A stretch of DNA of 64,000 nucleotides from an uncultured bacterium. Its GTDB lineage: Bacteria; Verrucomicrobiota; Verrucomicrobiia; Verrucomicrobiales; DEV007. The position numbers and the translations under genes were made by a program. The notes under the pieces are model-generated. The model had not been told where the DNA came from. It ran no database searches and saw nothing but the letters and a program-made list of their open reading frames with translations. Every line of letters begins with the position of its first letter. The first letter of the stretch is position 1. The stretch lies in NCBI GenBank assembly GCA_963977015.1, contig CAXBMO010000001.1:1-64000 (forward strand), read 5' to 3'. Below are positions 49,175 to 58,431 of this stretch, piece by piece.

Positions 49175-50587
49175 CTACTCGGGATTTTCCTTCTCGGCCT
49201 CAGCTTTCTTTTTCGCTTCTTCCTCGGCCTTCTTTGCCTTCTCGATCTCCTTCAATTCCGAGGAGGTGTAGATTTTGCGAACTTCGAAGTTTCGGCCCAA
49301 GGGCTTGGACGCTTCGTAAATCTTATCGGTCAGTTCGCGGGATTTGAGACGCAGAGCGTTCATTTGGGGCGTCACCTCGGCCATGATTGCGGCCAATCTG
49401 GCTTGATCGCCGGGAAAATTCACGCGAACACGCTTCACATCCTGCCACAAGTCGCGCAACGGGATGATGCTCGTTTCATAGCGCCTGGCATTCATGTTGG
49501 CGACGCTTTGCGCACGTTTGAACTGGGGCCGCTCCTGAAATTTGTGAATCTCCACCCCGTGAGCCAGTTCGGCGTGGGTGAACTTGTCGCCAATCTTGGT
49601 TCCGGCGATGAAGATCTGGTAGTCGCCCGCTGCGAGGCCAACCACGTGAAGCAATTCTTGGTTGAAACGTGCGTCAATATCCGCCAACTCGACCCCGATG
49701 GAAGCTTCGCCCGGCATGGCCCAGGGAAGCGCGCGCGGCTTCCAGATAAAGCTCATGTGACGATTGCTCCCGCTTAGTTGACTGATGGAACCGCCGCTGG
49801 TGCCGCTGGAGCTCCACCCGCTATCGCCGCCAACGTAGTGAACTTTGATGCTGCCGATTTTGTCCCGCTCCATCGCCAGGGTTCGGATGACTTCTCCCGC
49901 GATGACGACCGATCCACCGGGATCGGGATGAACGGCATCCGGCATCAAGCTGAATTCCACATTGGTTTTGCGGACATCCGCCGTGTAGGTGTTGAGCGGT
50001 CCCCAGGTGTCGATGAATCGCGAATCGCGCTCATAGGCCTCATCACGGAGCCAGGATCCGTACAATCCCATGACGCCGTTGTAGTTGGGAGCCATGGATT
50101 TGAGCCGGAATCGGTAGCTTTCGTCCTCCATGCGGCGTTGCCGGGTCTGAAAGTCGAACATCGGAGGCGACATCAAGAGCGGATAGCACCGGGCTCGTTT
50201 CAAGCGATCGAGCAGCAAGCGCATGTTTTCCTGATAGGCCTCGAAACGTGCTGAATTGTAGTCTTCGAACCCGCCGTCCCAGGTCCCGAGCATGATCATG
50301 CAGTAATCGAGCTTTCGCTCCAAAACGTCCTGTTCCAGGCGCTCCAGGACATCAAACGCGGTGTCGTTTTTGCAACCCGCGTTGTAGAAGATCATCCGCT
50401 TTTCGGGATAGCGGGTGTAAAAGTAGTTTTCGACGTATTGGCACCACTTCGCGCCGTAGGTGGACTCATCGCCGATGAATCCCATCGCCTGATTGTTCGA
50501 AAACTCGAAGTGATAGGGAAACGCGGAAAGGTAGGCCGTGCCCAGCCAGATGCTGACGATGAGAGAGGAAAGCAGGCGGAGGCGCAT
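49175..50587 (-). CDS. Secreted SGNH/GDSL hydrolase-like protein (variant block I)
   Basis: FIGDEST, YNAG, GTWD, DAVHP; Lys/Glu-rich tail. Confidence 0.75.
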   Translation of the reverse strand: MRLRLLSSLIVSIWLGTAYLSAFPYHFEFSNNQAMGFIGDESTYGAKWCQYVENYFYTRYPEKRMIFYNAGCKNDTAFDVLERLEQDVLERKLDYCMIMLGTWDGGFEDYNSARFEAYQENMRLLLDRLKRARCYPLLMSPPMFDFQTRQRRMEDESYRFRLKSMAPNYNGVMGLYGSWLRDEAYERDSRFIDTWGPLNTYTADVRKTNVEFSLMPDAVHPDPGGSVVIAGEVIRTLAMERDKIGSIKVHYVGGDSGWSSSGTSGGSISQLSGSNRHMSFIWKPRALPWAMPGEASIGVELADIDARFNQELLHVVGLAAGDYQIFIAGTKIGDKFTHAELAHGVEIHKFQERPQFKRAQSVANMNARRYETSIIPLRDLWQDVKRVRVNFPGDQARLAAIMAEVTPQMNALRLKSRELTDKIYEASKPLGRNFEVRKIYTSSELKEIEKAKKAEEEAKKKAEAEKENPE

Positions 50588-50638
50588 TTCGGCGAGATTA
50601 TATCACCGGATAGGTGGTTGGGCAGGAAAAATTCCGAA

Positions 50639-51820
50639 TCAGGAATTCTGCTCGATCAGGTCGGCAAATTCCTGGAAGAAATACTTGGCGTCGTGGGGGC
50701 CGGGAGCGGCTTCCGGGTGATACTGAACGCTGAAAACCGGGTAGTCTTTGTGGCGCAATCCTTCAACTGTGTCGTCGTTGAGGTTGATGTGCGTTACCTC
50801 GACGTTGCTCGGGAGGCTGTCGGCATCGACCGCGAATCCGTGGTTTTGCGACGTGATCGCGACTTTCCCACTGCGAAGATCCTTCACCGGCTGGTTTCCG
50901 CCACGATGGCCGAACTTCAGTTTGAAGGTCTTGCCGCCGAATGCGTGTGCCAGAACCTGGTTCCCCAGACAAATCGCAAAGATCGGCTTTTCCGTGACCA
51001 GTTTCCGGATTTCCGTGTGGACGTAATCGAGCGCTGCTGGATCTCCGGGACCGTTTGAGAGGAAGATCCCGTCAGGCTTGCGGGCCAGAACCTCTTCCGC
51101 CGATGTCTTTGCGTTGACGACATCCACCGTGAAGCCGTTTTGGCGCAAGCGACGCAAAATGTTGTATTTGATCCCAAAATCGTAAGCAACGATGTGGTGC
51201 TTGGCTTCGGGGAGCGGGCGAACCACCTCGCCGTCTGCGCGTTGGATTTGGCGATCCATCGGCTCACACGCGTTTGGAATTGTCCATTCGCGGCTTTCTT
51301 CGTCAGTAGGATCCCAGCGAAAGTTTTCTTCGGTGCTGACCTCCTTCACAAAGTCACTTCCGCTCATCGGCGGCGCATCCTTCGCCATTTGCACGGCTTG
51401 CTCAGGGGTGACGTTGGGATCAGCTGTGATCACGGCCTGCATCGCCCCCGCCGTTCGCAGATGTTTGGTCAGGGAGCGGGTGTCGATTCCCTGAATTCCG
51501 GGAATTTTCCAGCGCAGCATGTAATCGTTCAAGCTCTCGGTGGAACGCCAGTTGCTTGGAATATCGCAGAGTTCCTCGATCACGAAGCCGCGCACATGAG
51601 GATTTTTGCTTTCGGCGTCCGTCGGGTTCACCCCGTAGTTTCCAATCAACGGGTAGGTCATCGCCACAATTTGACCGCGGTAGGAGGGATCGGTCAAAAC
51701 CTCCTGGTAACCAGTCATGGATGTGTTGAAGCAGGCTTCGCCAGTCGCCGTCTCCGGCGCTCCAAAGCCGACCCCGTGAAATACCCGTCCGTCGGCGAGT
51801 GCTAGTAGAGCTGGTTTCAT
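50639..51820 (-). CDS. carA: Carbamoyl-phosphate synthase small subunit
   Basis: [42 protein letters not shown] 51820. Confidence 0.96.
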   Translation of the reverse strand: MKPALLALADGRVFHGVGFGAPETATGEACFNTSMTGYQEVLTDPSYRGQIVAMTYPLIGNYGVNPTDAESKNPHVRGFVIEELCDIPSNWRSTESLNDYMLRWKIPGIQGIDTRSLTKHLRTAGAMQAVITADPNVTPEQAVQMAKDAPPMSGSDFVKEVSTEENFRWDPTDEESREWTIPNACEPMDRQIQRADGEVVRPLPEAKHHIVAYDFGIKYNILRRLRQNGFTVDVVNAKTSAEEVLARKPDGIFLSNGPGDPAALDYVHTEIRKLVTEKPIFAICLGNQVLAHAFGGKTFKLKFGHRGGNQPVKDLRSGKVAITSQNHGFAVDADSLPSNVEVTHINLNDDTVEGLRHKDYPVFSVQYHPEAAPGPHDAKYFFQEFADLIEQNS

Positions 51821-51847
51821 TGAGAGCGCACGATGGCAGATCAAAAC

Positions 51848-51876
51848 CAAATCTCAAATCCTCAAATCTCAAATCC
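51848..51876. repeat. Short tandem repeat of CAAATC(C)T, about four units
   Basis: CAAATCT CAAATCCT CAAATCT CAAATCC in the carA/STAS divergent intergenic region. Confidence 0.75.
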
Positions 51877-51914
51877 CCCTTGCCGGATGCCGTTGACGCT
51901 TTAAATTCCCGTTC

Positions 51915-52253
51915 ATGAACCTAACCAAACGGCAAGCGGACAATGGCGGTGCCATCATTGAACTGGAAGGTGATGCCGATTTGGCGGCCGCGCCGGTGTT
52001 TCAGGAAGCCGTTGAAGGCGTGATTGCGGACAATCCGCCCTTCCTCGTCATCGACTTCAGCAAGTCCACGTTCGTGAACACGCCAATCTGGGCGGTGGTG
52101 GTTCAATACTACCAACACACCACCAAGGAAAATACGGGAATGGCGGTCAGCGGTCTGCAAGGCCGGGTTGCCGCATCGTTTGGGGTTGTCAGGCTAGGCG
52201 AATTCATCAGCACTTACGATACGACCGACGAAGCTGTGGCTGCCCTTTCCTGA
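51915..52253 (+). CDS. STAS-domain anti-sigma-factor antagonist
   Basis: 112 aa; L.G..D, IDFS..FVNT, F...RL, EAV..L. Confidence 0.88.
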   Translation: MNLTKRQADNGGAIIELEGDADLAAAPVFQEAVEGVIADNPPFLVIDFSKSTFVNTPIWAVVVQYYQHTTKENTGMAVSGLQGRVAASFGVVRLGEFISTYDTTDEAVAALS

Positions 52254-52254
52254 T

Positions 52255-53919
52255 ATGGAGGAGCCCATTTCCACCGAGAAACGTCAGCAACTGCTGATCA
52301 ATGTGGCTCGTGATCTGAGCCGGACGGAGAATGTCGAGCAATTGCTCGATCAAATCTTGGAATGCTCTCGCGAGGTCATGGATTGCGAGGTTTGCTCCAT
52401 TTTGCTCCCGGAATTTGGAACGGGCGATCTTCTCATTCGGTCGACCAAGGATGAGCCGGGCCAGGAAGCGATTCGCGTACCGAAAGGGAAGGGGATTGCC
52501 GGCTATGTTTACGAGAACAAGATTCCCGTGAACCTGGAGGACGCCAAGACCGACCCGCGCCACTTCGCCGAAGTCGGCTCCGAAATCGGGCTCATTACCC
52601 GGAATATGCTCACCATCCCGCTTCTCGATGGGGAGCGCTGCCTCGGCGCGATGCAGGCGATCAACTCGAAGCATCGCGAGAAGTTTGCGGAACCGGACGA
52701 AGAGATTTTCGAGACGTTCGGTGCCTTGATCGCCGTGACCTTGATTCGCCTTGAGTCGCAGCAAAAGTCGATCCGCGAAGCCGAAGTTCGCCAGCAACTC
52801 GAGTTGGCCCACGAGATCCAGGCCTCGTTTCTCCCGCCGATGGAAGCCAAAATCGGCCATATCAAACTGAGCGCGCTCTACGAACCCGCCGCCGAAACCG
52901 GTGGCGACTTTTTCTTCTGGCACGAGTTGGATGATAAAAAGGTCCTGCTCGGGATTGGCGATGTCTGCGGAAAGGGCTTCCCCGCCGCGCTCGATATGGC
53001 GCGAGGAACCACCCTGATCGCCAGCCTTTCGCACCGGGCATCGCGTTTTCCGCTGCATGAATGGGTAACGGAGGTGAATGGCCGCCTTTGCGATGTGATG
53101 AGCAGCGGGCGCTTCATCGCCTGTGCCTTCCTCCTCATCGACCTCAAGAAACGCATCGTCAGTGTCTGCCTTTGTGGCGCCCTTCCGCCCAAGGTACTGC
53201 TCGGTGATCACTGGGAAGACGTTCCGGTGACGCCCAATCCGCCGCTCGGGATTTCCTGCTCGTTCGGCTACAAGGCCGAAACCTTTTCCCTCGCCGCGAG
53301 CCGATCCTGGATGGTGCTTTCCGACGGAATTCTCGAAACCCAGAATGAGAAGGGCGAGTATTTTGAGGAAGGCCCGTTTGACGAGGTCATGGCGGCCATC
53401 GCCGCGAATGGAGACCCGGATATTCTCGGAACGCTGACCCGCGTCTGGAAGGAGTTTTCCAAAAACGCGACCTATCAGGACGACACCACGGTCTTGCTGT
53501 TCGAGGACGAGTTTCCGCGTCCCGCGCCCATTTTTGACTTCACCTGTTCGCCGGAATCCATCGTCAAAGGGCGTGAATTCGTGGAGGAATGGGCCAAGTT
53601 CTGCGGGATGGATGAAGAAACTGTGGGGATGGTGGTTTTGGGCTGCGATGAATTGCTGACGAATGTCTCCAAGCACGCCTACTGCGGCAACGGACCGGTC
53701 CGGATTCACGCTTCGGCGGATTTGGATGGCTTGGAATTCCGCATCGAGCACGCTGGAGCCGGGATTGCGAACGAGGACGTTCCCGAGGTCAAAGTGAAGA
53801 CCGAGCCCACCGTCGGCAAAATGGGCATGGGCGTGATCCACACCATCTTTGATGAAGTGGATTACCAAAAAGGCGAGGGTGCTTCCTCCGTGACGGTAAC
53901 CAAGCGGGTTGAGCGCTAG
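52255..53919 (+). CDS. GAF + SpoIIE/PP2C phosphatase + RsbW-like HATPase_c fusion
   Basis: GAF (GKGIAG, DPR.F, P.L, INSK, F...D); PP2C GGDF, GDVCGKG, SDG..E, DDTT; HATPase ELLTN..KHAY, GMG. Confidence 0.88.
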   Translation: MEEPISTEKRQQLLINVARDLSRTENVEQLLDQILECSREVMDCEVCSILLPEFGTGDLLIRSTKDEPGQEAIRVPKGKGIAGYVYENKIPVNLEDAKTDPRHFAEVGSEIGLITRNMLTIPLLDGERCLGAMQAINSKHREKFAEPDEEIFETFGALIAVTLIRLESQQKSIREAEVRQQLELAHEIQASFLPPMEAKIGHIKLSALYEPAAETGGDFFFWHELDDKKVLLGIGDVCGKGFPAALDMARGTTLIASLSHRASRFPLHEWVTEVNGRLCDVMSSGRFIACAFLLIDLKKRIVSVCLCGALPPKVLLGDHWEDVPVTPNPPLGISCSFGYKAETFSLAASRSWMVLSDGILETQNEKGEYFEEGPFDEVMAAIAANGDPDILGTLTRVWKEFSKNATYQDDTTVLLFEDEFPRPAPIFDFTCSPESIVKGREFVEEWAKFCGMDEETVGMVVLGCDELLTNVSKHAYCGNGPVRIHASADLDGLEFRIEHAGAGIANEDVPEVKVKTEPTVGKMGMGVIHTIFDEVDYQKGEGASSVTVTKRVER

Positions 53920-53924
53920 ACCGT

Positions 53925-55319
53925 CTAAAATGGCCGGATGTTGGTGATCCATTCGCGAAAACCGTCCCACAAGGTGGGGCCTTCCTGCTTCAGGACCAAC
54001 GCGTTGTGTTCCGATTCAATCCCAAGTCGATGCCCTTCATAGCGATTGCGAAGGACCTTCAGCACCTTGGTTGGCGTCGTGTTGCGGCGTTCGATGTTCT
54101 CGATGTCCTCGGAAAACGGGATCAACAGATTGGAATCGAGTTCGACGGCATCTGCGGCCAGATCAAACAGATCGAAAACGTCCATCGAGTTGACCACCGG
54201 GATGTTCACCTCAAACAAATTCCGGGTTGATCGAGGGTTCGGCATGAAAGGCAGTGCTTCGATGTCGAACCAGACCCGGGCGCGTTGGGGATAACAGACG
54301 ATTTCGATCGGGGCGTCGGCCATCGGGAGTCGAGCGGCTTGAATCCGCGGTTTTCGCTCAAACCAGGCGCGCGGAAACCGGAGTGATTCGTCAATTCCCT
54401 GGTAGCGAAAATGGCACTGCTCTGCCCAGACGGCAGGACTAACCCGGCCCAGGACAAAGCGCAGGTCATTATCCGGAACAAGATCCCAGGTTTCTCCCCG
54501 TCGCCCGACCTCGCGCACATCGTTTGGTCCCGACGCAATGAACTGAAAGCGGACTCCGGATTCGAGCACAATCTGGTCGCCCGCTTTGGTCGGAATGGCG
54601 GCAACATCAGGCGTTCCGCATGGCAACTCAAGCATGATTTGGATGGGCGTATCGTGCCAGATCTTGAGCTGAATGTCGGCAAAGCGGACAGGGCCGGAAC
54701 GCTTCACGGAGCCTGAAATGACGGGCCAATGGGTTCGGCGGTCGAACGCCTCCACTTCGCCATCCCAGGTTCGAAGTCCACTCCCGGCAAAAACGAGCCG
54801 CAGAACCGGTTGCTGAACCGGATCATTGAGGAATTGGGGGGCGATCGGCGGCAACTCGGGAAACCCGGGAACGGTCTTGCCCGTTTTCGGATCAAAATAT
54901 CGCAGCACTTCCTCATCTCCCGGAATCCAAAGTCCAGTCGCCGCCAACTCGATCTCCAACTCACCTGGCAGCGTTGCGATCGCTCCCTTTGCCTCAATCA
55001 TCAGCGCCCCCACTTCGCCCCCGTGCGAACGCGGCGGCTCAATCAAACGCCGCTGAATCCAGATATCGCGCTCCCCAACTTCGACATCGGGAATGCTGTA
55101 GGGCGGCGAATGCTCCGGGGCTTTTGGAGGGGGAGGATTGCGGGCGTTTCCCCATCGATCGAACTGTGGATCTTCAAACTTTCGGACTGCGGTCGCCGAA
55201 ATAGACCAGGGCGACTCGATTGCTCGAAGTGCGACGCTCACGAAGCCCAACACGAGCAGGCCTGCCGCCACCCAACGGATGTGGAGCCGTTCGGACAAAT
55301 TGAGGGCGCGCTCGATCAC
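53925..55319 (-). CDS. Hypothetical membrane-anchored protein
   Basis: 464-aa ORF, GTG start, N-terminal TM; fills the gap between convergent and co-oriented genes; no family recognised. Confidence 0.7.
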   Translation of the reverse strand: MIERALNLSERLHIRWVAAGLLVLGFVSVALRAIESPWSISATAVRKFEDPQFDRWGNARNPPPPKAPEHSPPYSIPDVEVGERDIWIQRRLIEPPRSHGGEVGALMIEAKGAIATLPGELEIELAATGLWIPGDEEVLRYFDPKTGKTVPGFPELPPIAPQFLNDPVQQPVLRLVFAGSGLRTWDGEVEAFDRRTHWPVISGSVKRSGPVRFADIQLKIWHDTPIQIMLELPCGTPDVAAIPTKAGDQIVLESGVRFQFIASGPNDVREVGRRGETWDLVPDNDLRFVLGRVSPAVWAEQCHFRYQGIDESLRFPRAWFERKPRIQAARLPMADAPIEIVCYPQRARVWFDIEALPFMPNPRSTRNLFEVNIPVVNSMDVFDLFDLAADAVELDSNLLIPFSEDIENIERRNTTPTKVLKVLRNRYEGHRLGIESEHNALVLKQEGPTLWDGFREWITNIRPF

Positions 55320-55361
55320 GCCGACGTTTTACCCCAAAATGGGCCGATCGTATAGTCGGCT

Positions 55362-56066
55362 CTACCCGAAGCGCTTTCGCAGCTTGCCCAGCTTCGCCAA
55401 CACCCGCCCGCGCAAGGTCCCCAAATGCTGCAGATCGCGCGGTGGCTCGCCAAAGCGCTCGCGATAGATCCCCCGCCACCGCTCCACTTGTGCGATAAAG
55501 CGCCAATCCGTCTCAATAAACGAGCGCAGCACATACATCGGAACCGGCGAACGCAGCGCAAACAACTTGGGATCAAACGTCGACGCAAACGGGCAGGTCG
55601 GGAAAAACTCCCCCACCAAAATTCCGGACTCCAGCATATCCCCCTTCAGATCCCGGCTCGCATCCGTCGCATCCAGCAGCAATTGGCCCGTCGTCTCCGG
55701 AAAAATCGCCACCACCGTCTTCGTCATTGCCGCCGGCATCTCCATCGGCTCCAACTCATTGAAAATCCGGGCAAACCGTCGCAACTCCCCATCAATTGCC
55801 CCGATATTGTTCGGTGCCGCCAACTGCGCCAACGCAAAATGCATCGTCTCCCGCTGAATCGCCGGCTCCACGAACGGGCAAATCGCCTCCGTCCGTCCAA
55901 ACTTCACCACCTTTCGCGTTGGGAAATCCGCCACCCAATCGCGAATCTTCACCAGCGCCTCGCGCTCCACTGTGGAGAGCAAATCCAACTTCATCGGATC
56001 ATCACAATCATTGGGCAGAAACAACAGCGGCTCCGCCATCGCGGCAGACTCAGAAATACCAATCAT
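55362..56066 (-). CDS. Hypothetical protein with CPF motif (DUF6875-like)
   Basis: GR..AICPFVEPA near N-terminus; G.LVGEF.P, RSP.P...LR....D.RF; strong codon periodicity. Start may be 56039. Confidence 0.65.
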   Translation of the reverse strand: MIGISESAAMAEPLLFLPNDCDDPMKLDLLSTVEREALVKIRDWVADFPTRKVVKFGRTEAICPFVEPAIQRETMHFALAQLAAPNNIGAIDGELRRFARIFNELEPMEMPAAMTKTVVAIFPETTGQLLLDATDASRDLKGDMLESGILVGEFFPTCPFASTFDPKLFALRSPVPMYVLRSFIETDWRFIAQVERWRGIYRERFGEPPRDLQHLGTLRGRVLAKLGKLRKRFG

Positions 56067-56120
56067 GGCCTCCAGTTTAGCAAACGGAGAAGGTGTTTAA
56101 AAGATCTTAATTATCAATTT

Positions 56121-56169
56121 ATCTGAAACGAGGGACCACGCTCCGTCGACGAAGCATCGCCCTCCAGAT
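56121..56169. repeat. REP-like imperfect palindrome
   Basis: ATCTG..GAGGG-ACCAC-GCTCCGTC|GACGAAGC-ATCG-CCCTC-CAGAT; nested arms 56130-34/56160-64 and 56140-47/56148-55. Confidence 0.45.
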
Positions 56170-56284
56170 GCGTGCGGCAAAGTTCAAAGCGAGGGAGATC
56201 GCCACGCTGTTGACCGATTTGGTAGCCGGAGTTTGGTGCGCTGAAGACCCGCGTTATCAGGGCTGATTGCGGCGGTGCGCGCGA

Positions 56285-56620
56285 CTACCCGACTTTCTTC
56301 ACGAACTGGGCTTTGAGGCCGATGGCGATGCCGTCCATTTTGCAGGAGATTTCGTGATCGCCATCGACGAGGCGGATGGGCTTGGATTTGGTGCCGACTT
56401 TCAGGACTTGGGAGCTGCCTTTGAGCTTGAGGTCTTTGATCATGGCGACGATGTCGCCTTGGGCGAGGACGTTGCCGTCGGCATCTTTGACGATGCGTTC
56501 TTCTTCCTGTATCTCCTCGGTTTCGCGCGACCATTCGTGGCCACAGGTGACGCATTCGTAGTGGTCGGCGAGTTCAAGGATTTCGTCCATGGTGCACATG
56601 GGGCAGGCGGTCTTGCTCAT
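56285..56620 (-). CDS. PhnA/YjdM zinc-ribbon protein
   Basis: CPMC, C.TCGHEW, KDADGN.L..GD.V..IKDLK.KGSS..LK.GTK, LKA.FVKK; ATG 56620. Confidence 0.9.
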   Translation of the reverse strand: MSKTACPMCTMDEILELADHYECVTCGHEWSRETEEIQEEERIVKDADGNVLAQGDIVAMIKDLKLKGSSQVLKVGTKSKPIRLVDGDHEISCKMDGIAIGLKAQFVKKVG

Positions 56621-56722
56621 AGGCTGGGAACCATGGCGAAGCGATGGTCCGGGGCAAGAAGGGAGTTTCCTGAGCCGCAATTTTCCGGTTCCGTTTCCGG
56701 GGTTTGCGGGCTAGCGGTAGCG

Positions 56723-57991
56723 ATGCCCAATACGTTTTATGGTGCGTTTGATGTTGAGACGCTGAAGGATCGGCCGCCGGGAAAGGGGGAGTTTCGGACG
56801 CAGTTTCAGATCGATCGCGACCGGATCATCCACACGTCGGCGTTTCGCTCGCTGCAGAGCAAGACTCAGGTTTTTCTGTCGGGGGAGTATGATTTTTACC
56901 GGACGCGGCTGACCCATTCGATTGAGGTAGCGCAAATTGGCCGATCCATTTGTGCGCGGCTGAATCATGAAAGCGAGGCGTTGCGGGAGGACTACCAGAT
57001 TGATCCGGCGTTGGTGGAGGCGGTATGTCTTTCCCACGATATTGGGCATCCGCCGTTTGGGCATTGCGGGGAGCGGACGCTGAATCGGCTGATGCGGCCT
57101 TACGGAGGGTTTGAGGGCAATGCGCAGACGTTGCGCCTGCTGACGCGGACGATTTTTGATGACCGGGGGATGGTGCCGAGCCGGGGGTTTTTGGATGGGG
57201 TGCTGAAGTACAAGACGTTGTTCAGCGAGTTGGAAAATCCGGTGAACCATTTTGTGTATGATGAGCAGGCGGAGTATCTGGATTTCGCGATGGGGGGGCG
57301 CGATTTTCCGCCGGAGCTGACGCCGGGCAAGCCGCGTGATGCGTTTCGGTCAATCGAATGCCAAATTATGGATTGGGCGGATGATACGGCGTATTCGCTG
57401 CACGATGTGGCGGATGGGATTGCGGCGAAGTTCATTTCGATCGAGCGACTGGAGCGCTGGGCGGAGGCGCAGGAGGATCAGGCGAAGGTGGCGCCGGTGG
57501 TGGAGGGAATTTTGAAGAATATCCGCGATGAGAAGATTGAGGGGCGCACGGGGCAGCGCATCGGGATGCACATTGCGGCGTGTTCGTTGGCTGATGACGT
57601 GAATTTCATGAGCCCGAGTTCGAACCGGTATCGCTACCGGCTGGAGATCGATCCGCAGATTCTGAGCGAGTGCAAGATCTACAAGCGAATCGCGTTTGAC
57701 CTAGTGTTTCGCTCGCAGCAGCTTCAGCAGTTGGACCGCAAGGCAGAGCACATTTTGTCGCGCTTGTTTGCGGCGTTTGCGGAGTACTACATTGAACCGG
57801 AATCGCGGCGTGCGGATCACATGCATCTGCTGAGCCCGAAGGAGGAGGCTGCGATTTGGAAGGTGGAGTCGAGGCGTGAGCGGGCGCGGTTGGTTTGCGA
57901 TGTGATTGCGAAGATGACGGATGGATTGGCGACGCGAACGTATAAGCGGCTTTTTGATGCAGATTTTGGCTCGATTGTTGATTTGGTTTAG
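56723..57991 (+). CDS. dgt: dGTP triphosphohydrolase
   Basis: DRDRIIH..AFR.LQ.KTQVF, RTRLTHS.EVAQI, HDIGHPPFGH, FEGNAQ, ADD.AY..HD, D.IA.MTD; ATG 56723. Confidence 0.92.
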   Translation: MPNTFYGAFDVETLKDRPPGKGEFRTQFQIDRDRIIHTSAFRSLQSKTQVFLSGEYDFYRTRLTHSIEVAQIGRSICARLNHESEALREDYQIDPALVEAVCLSHDIGHPPFGHCGERTLNRLMRPYGGFEGNAQTLRLLTRTIFDDRGMVPSRGFLDGVLKYKTLFSELENPVNHFVYDEQAEYLDFAMGGRDFPPELTPGKPRDAFRSIECQIMDWADDTAYSLHDVADGIAAKFISIERLERWAEAQEDQAKVAPVVEGILKNIRDEKIEGRTGQRIGMHIAACSLADDVNFMSPSSNRYRYRLEIDPQILSECKIYKRIAFDLVFRSQQLQQLDRKAEHILSRLFAAFAEYYIEPESRRADHMHLLSPKEEAAIWKVESRRERARLVCDVIAKMTDGLATRTYKRLFDADFGSIVDLV

Positions 57992-58011
57992 GTTTTAGTT
58001 AGGAGTTCACA

Positions 58012-58431
58012 ATGACTGCGTCCGAACAGCAACAGCTCGTCGAAGACTATGTCTTGATCGAGAATCCGCAGGAGCGTTTCGGCTTGTTGGTGGCGCGTTC
58101 GTCTCCATTGGCGCCGTTGGAGGAGGCGGAGAAGATTGACGAGAATTTGGTTCCCGGCTGCATTTCCCAGGTTTGGTTGGCGGGGAGTCTGGAGGACGGG
58201 CGTTGCCGGTTCCGCGTCCAGGGCGACTCGACGGTTGTCCACGCCGTTGCCGCGTTGCTCTGCGAGTGGTTTGACGGGTTGACGCCGGAAGAGGTGTTGA
58301 ATTCGCCGAAGAACCTTCTCGACCAGCTCAAGATTTCCAGCCAGCTGTCGCCCACCCGCCGTCGTGGAATGGGGCAAGTGGTGACAAAAATTTGCTCGTT
58401 GGCAGAAAGCTGGCATTCTACTCCATCATGA
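58012..58431 (+). CDS. sufE: SufE-family Fe-S sulfur-transfer protein
   Basis: VPGCISQVWL, GDS, LSPTR..G. Confidence 0.9.
   Translation: MTASEQQQLVEDYVLIENPQERFGLLVARSSPLAPLEEAEKIDENLVPGCISQVWLAGSLEDGRCRFRVQGDSTVVHAVAALLCEWFDGLTPEEVLNSPKNLLDQLKISSQLSPTRRRGMGQVVTKICSLAESWHSTPS

Noticed and set aside
56066-56285. Chromosomal oriC at the skew switch
   Set aside because: No clear DnaA boxes (TTWTNCACA), no dnaA/dnaN/gidA/parAB nearby, and the skew seems to fade within a few kb. Not excluded without a genome-wide skew plot.
56723-57991. dGTPase as an anti-phage defence gene
   Set aside because: Housekeeping-type context (sufE, FMN reductase) with no defence-island neighbours.
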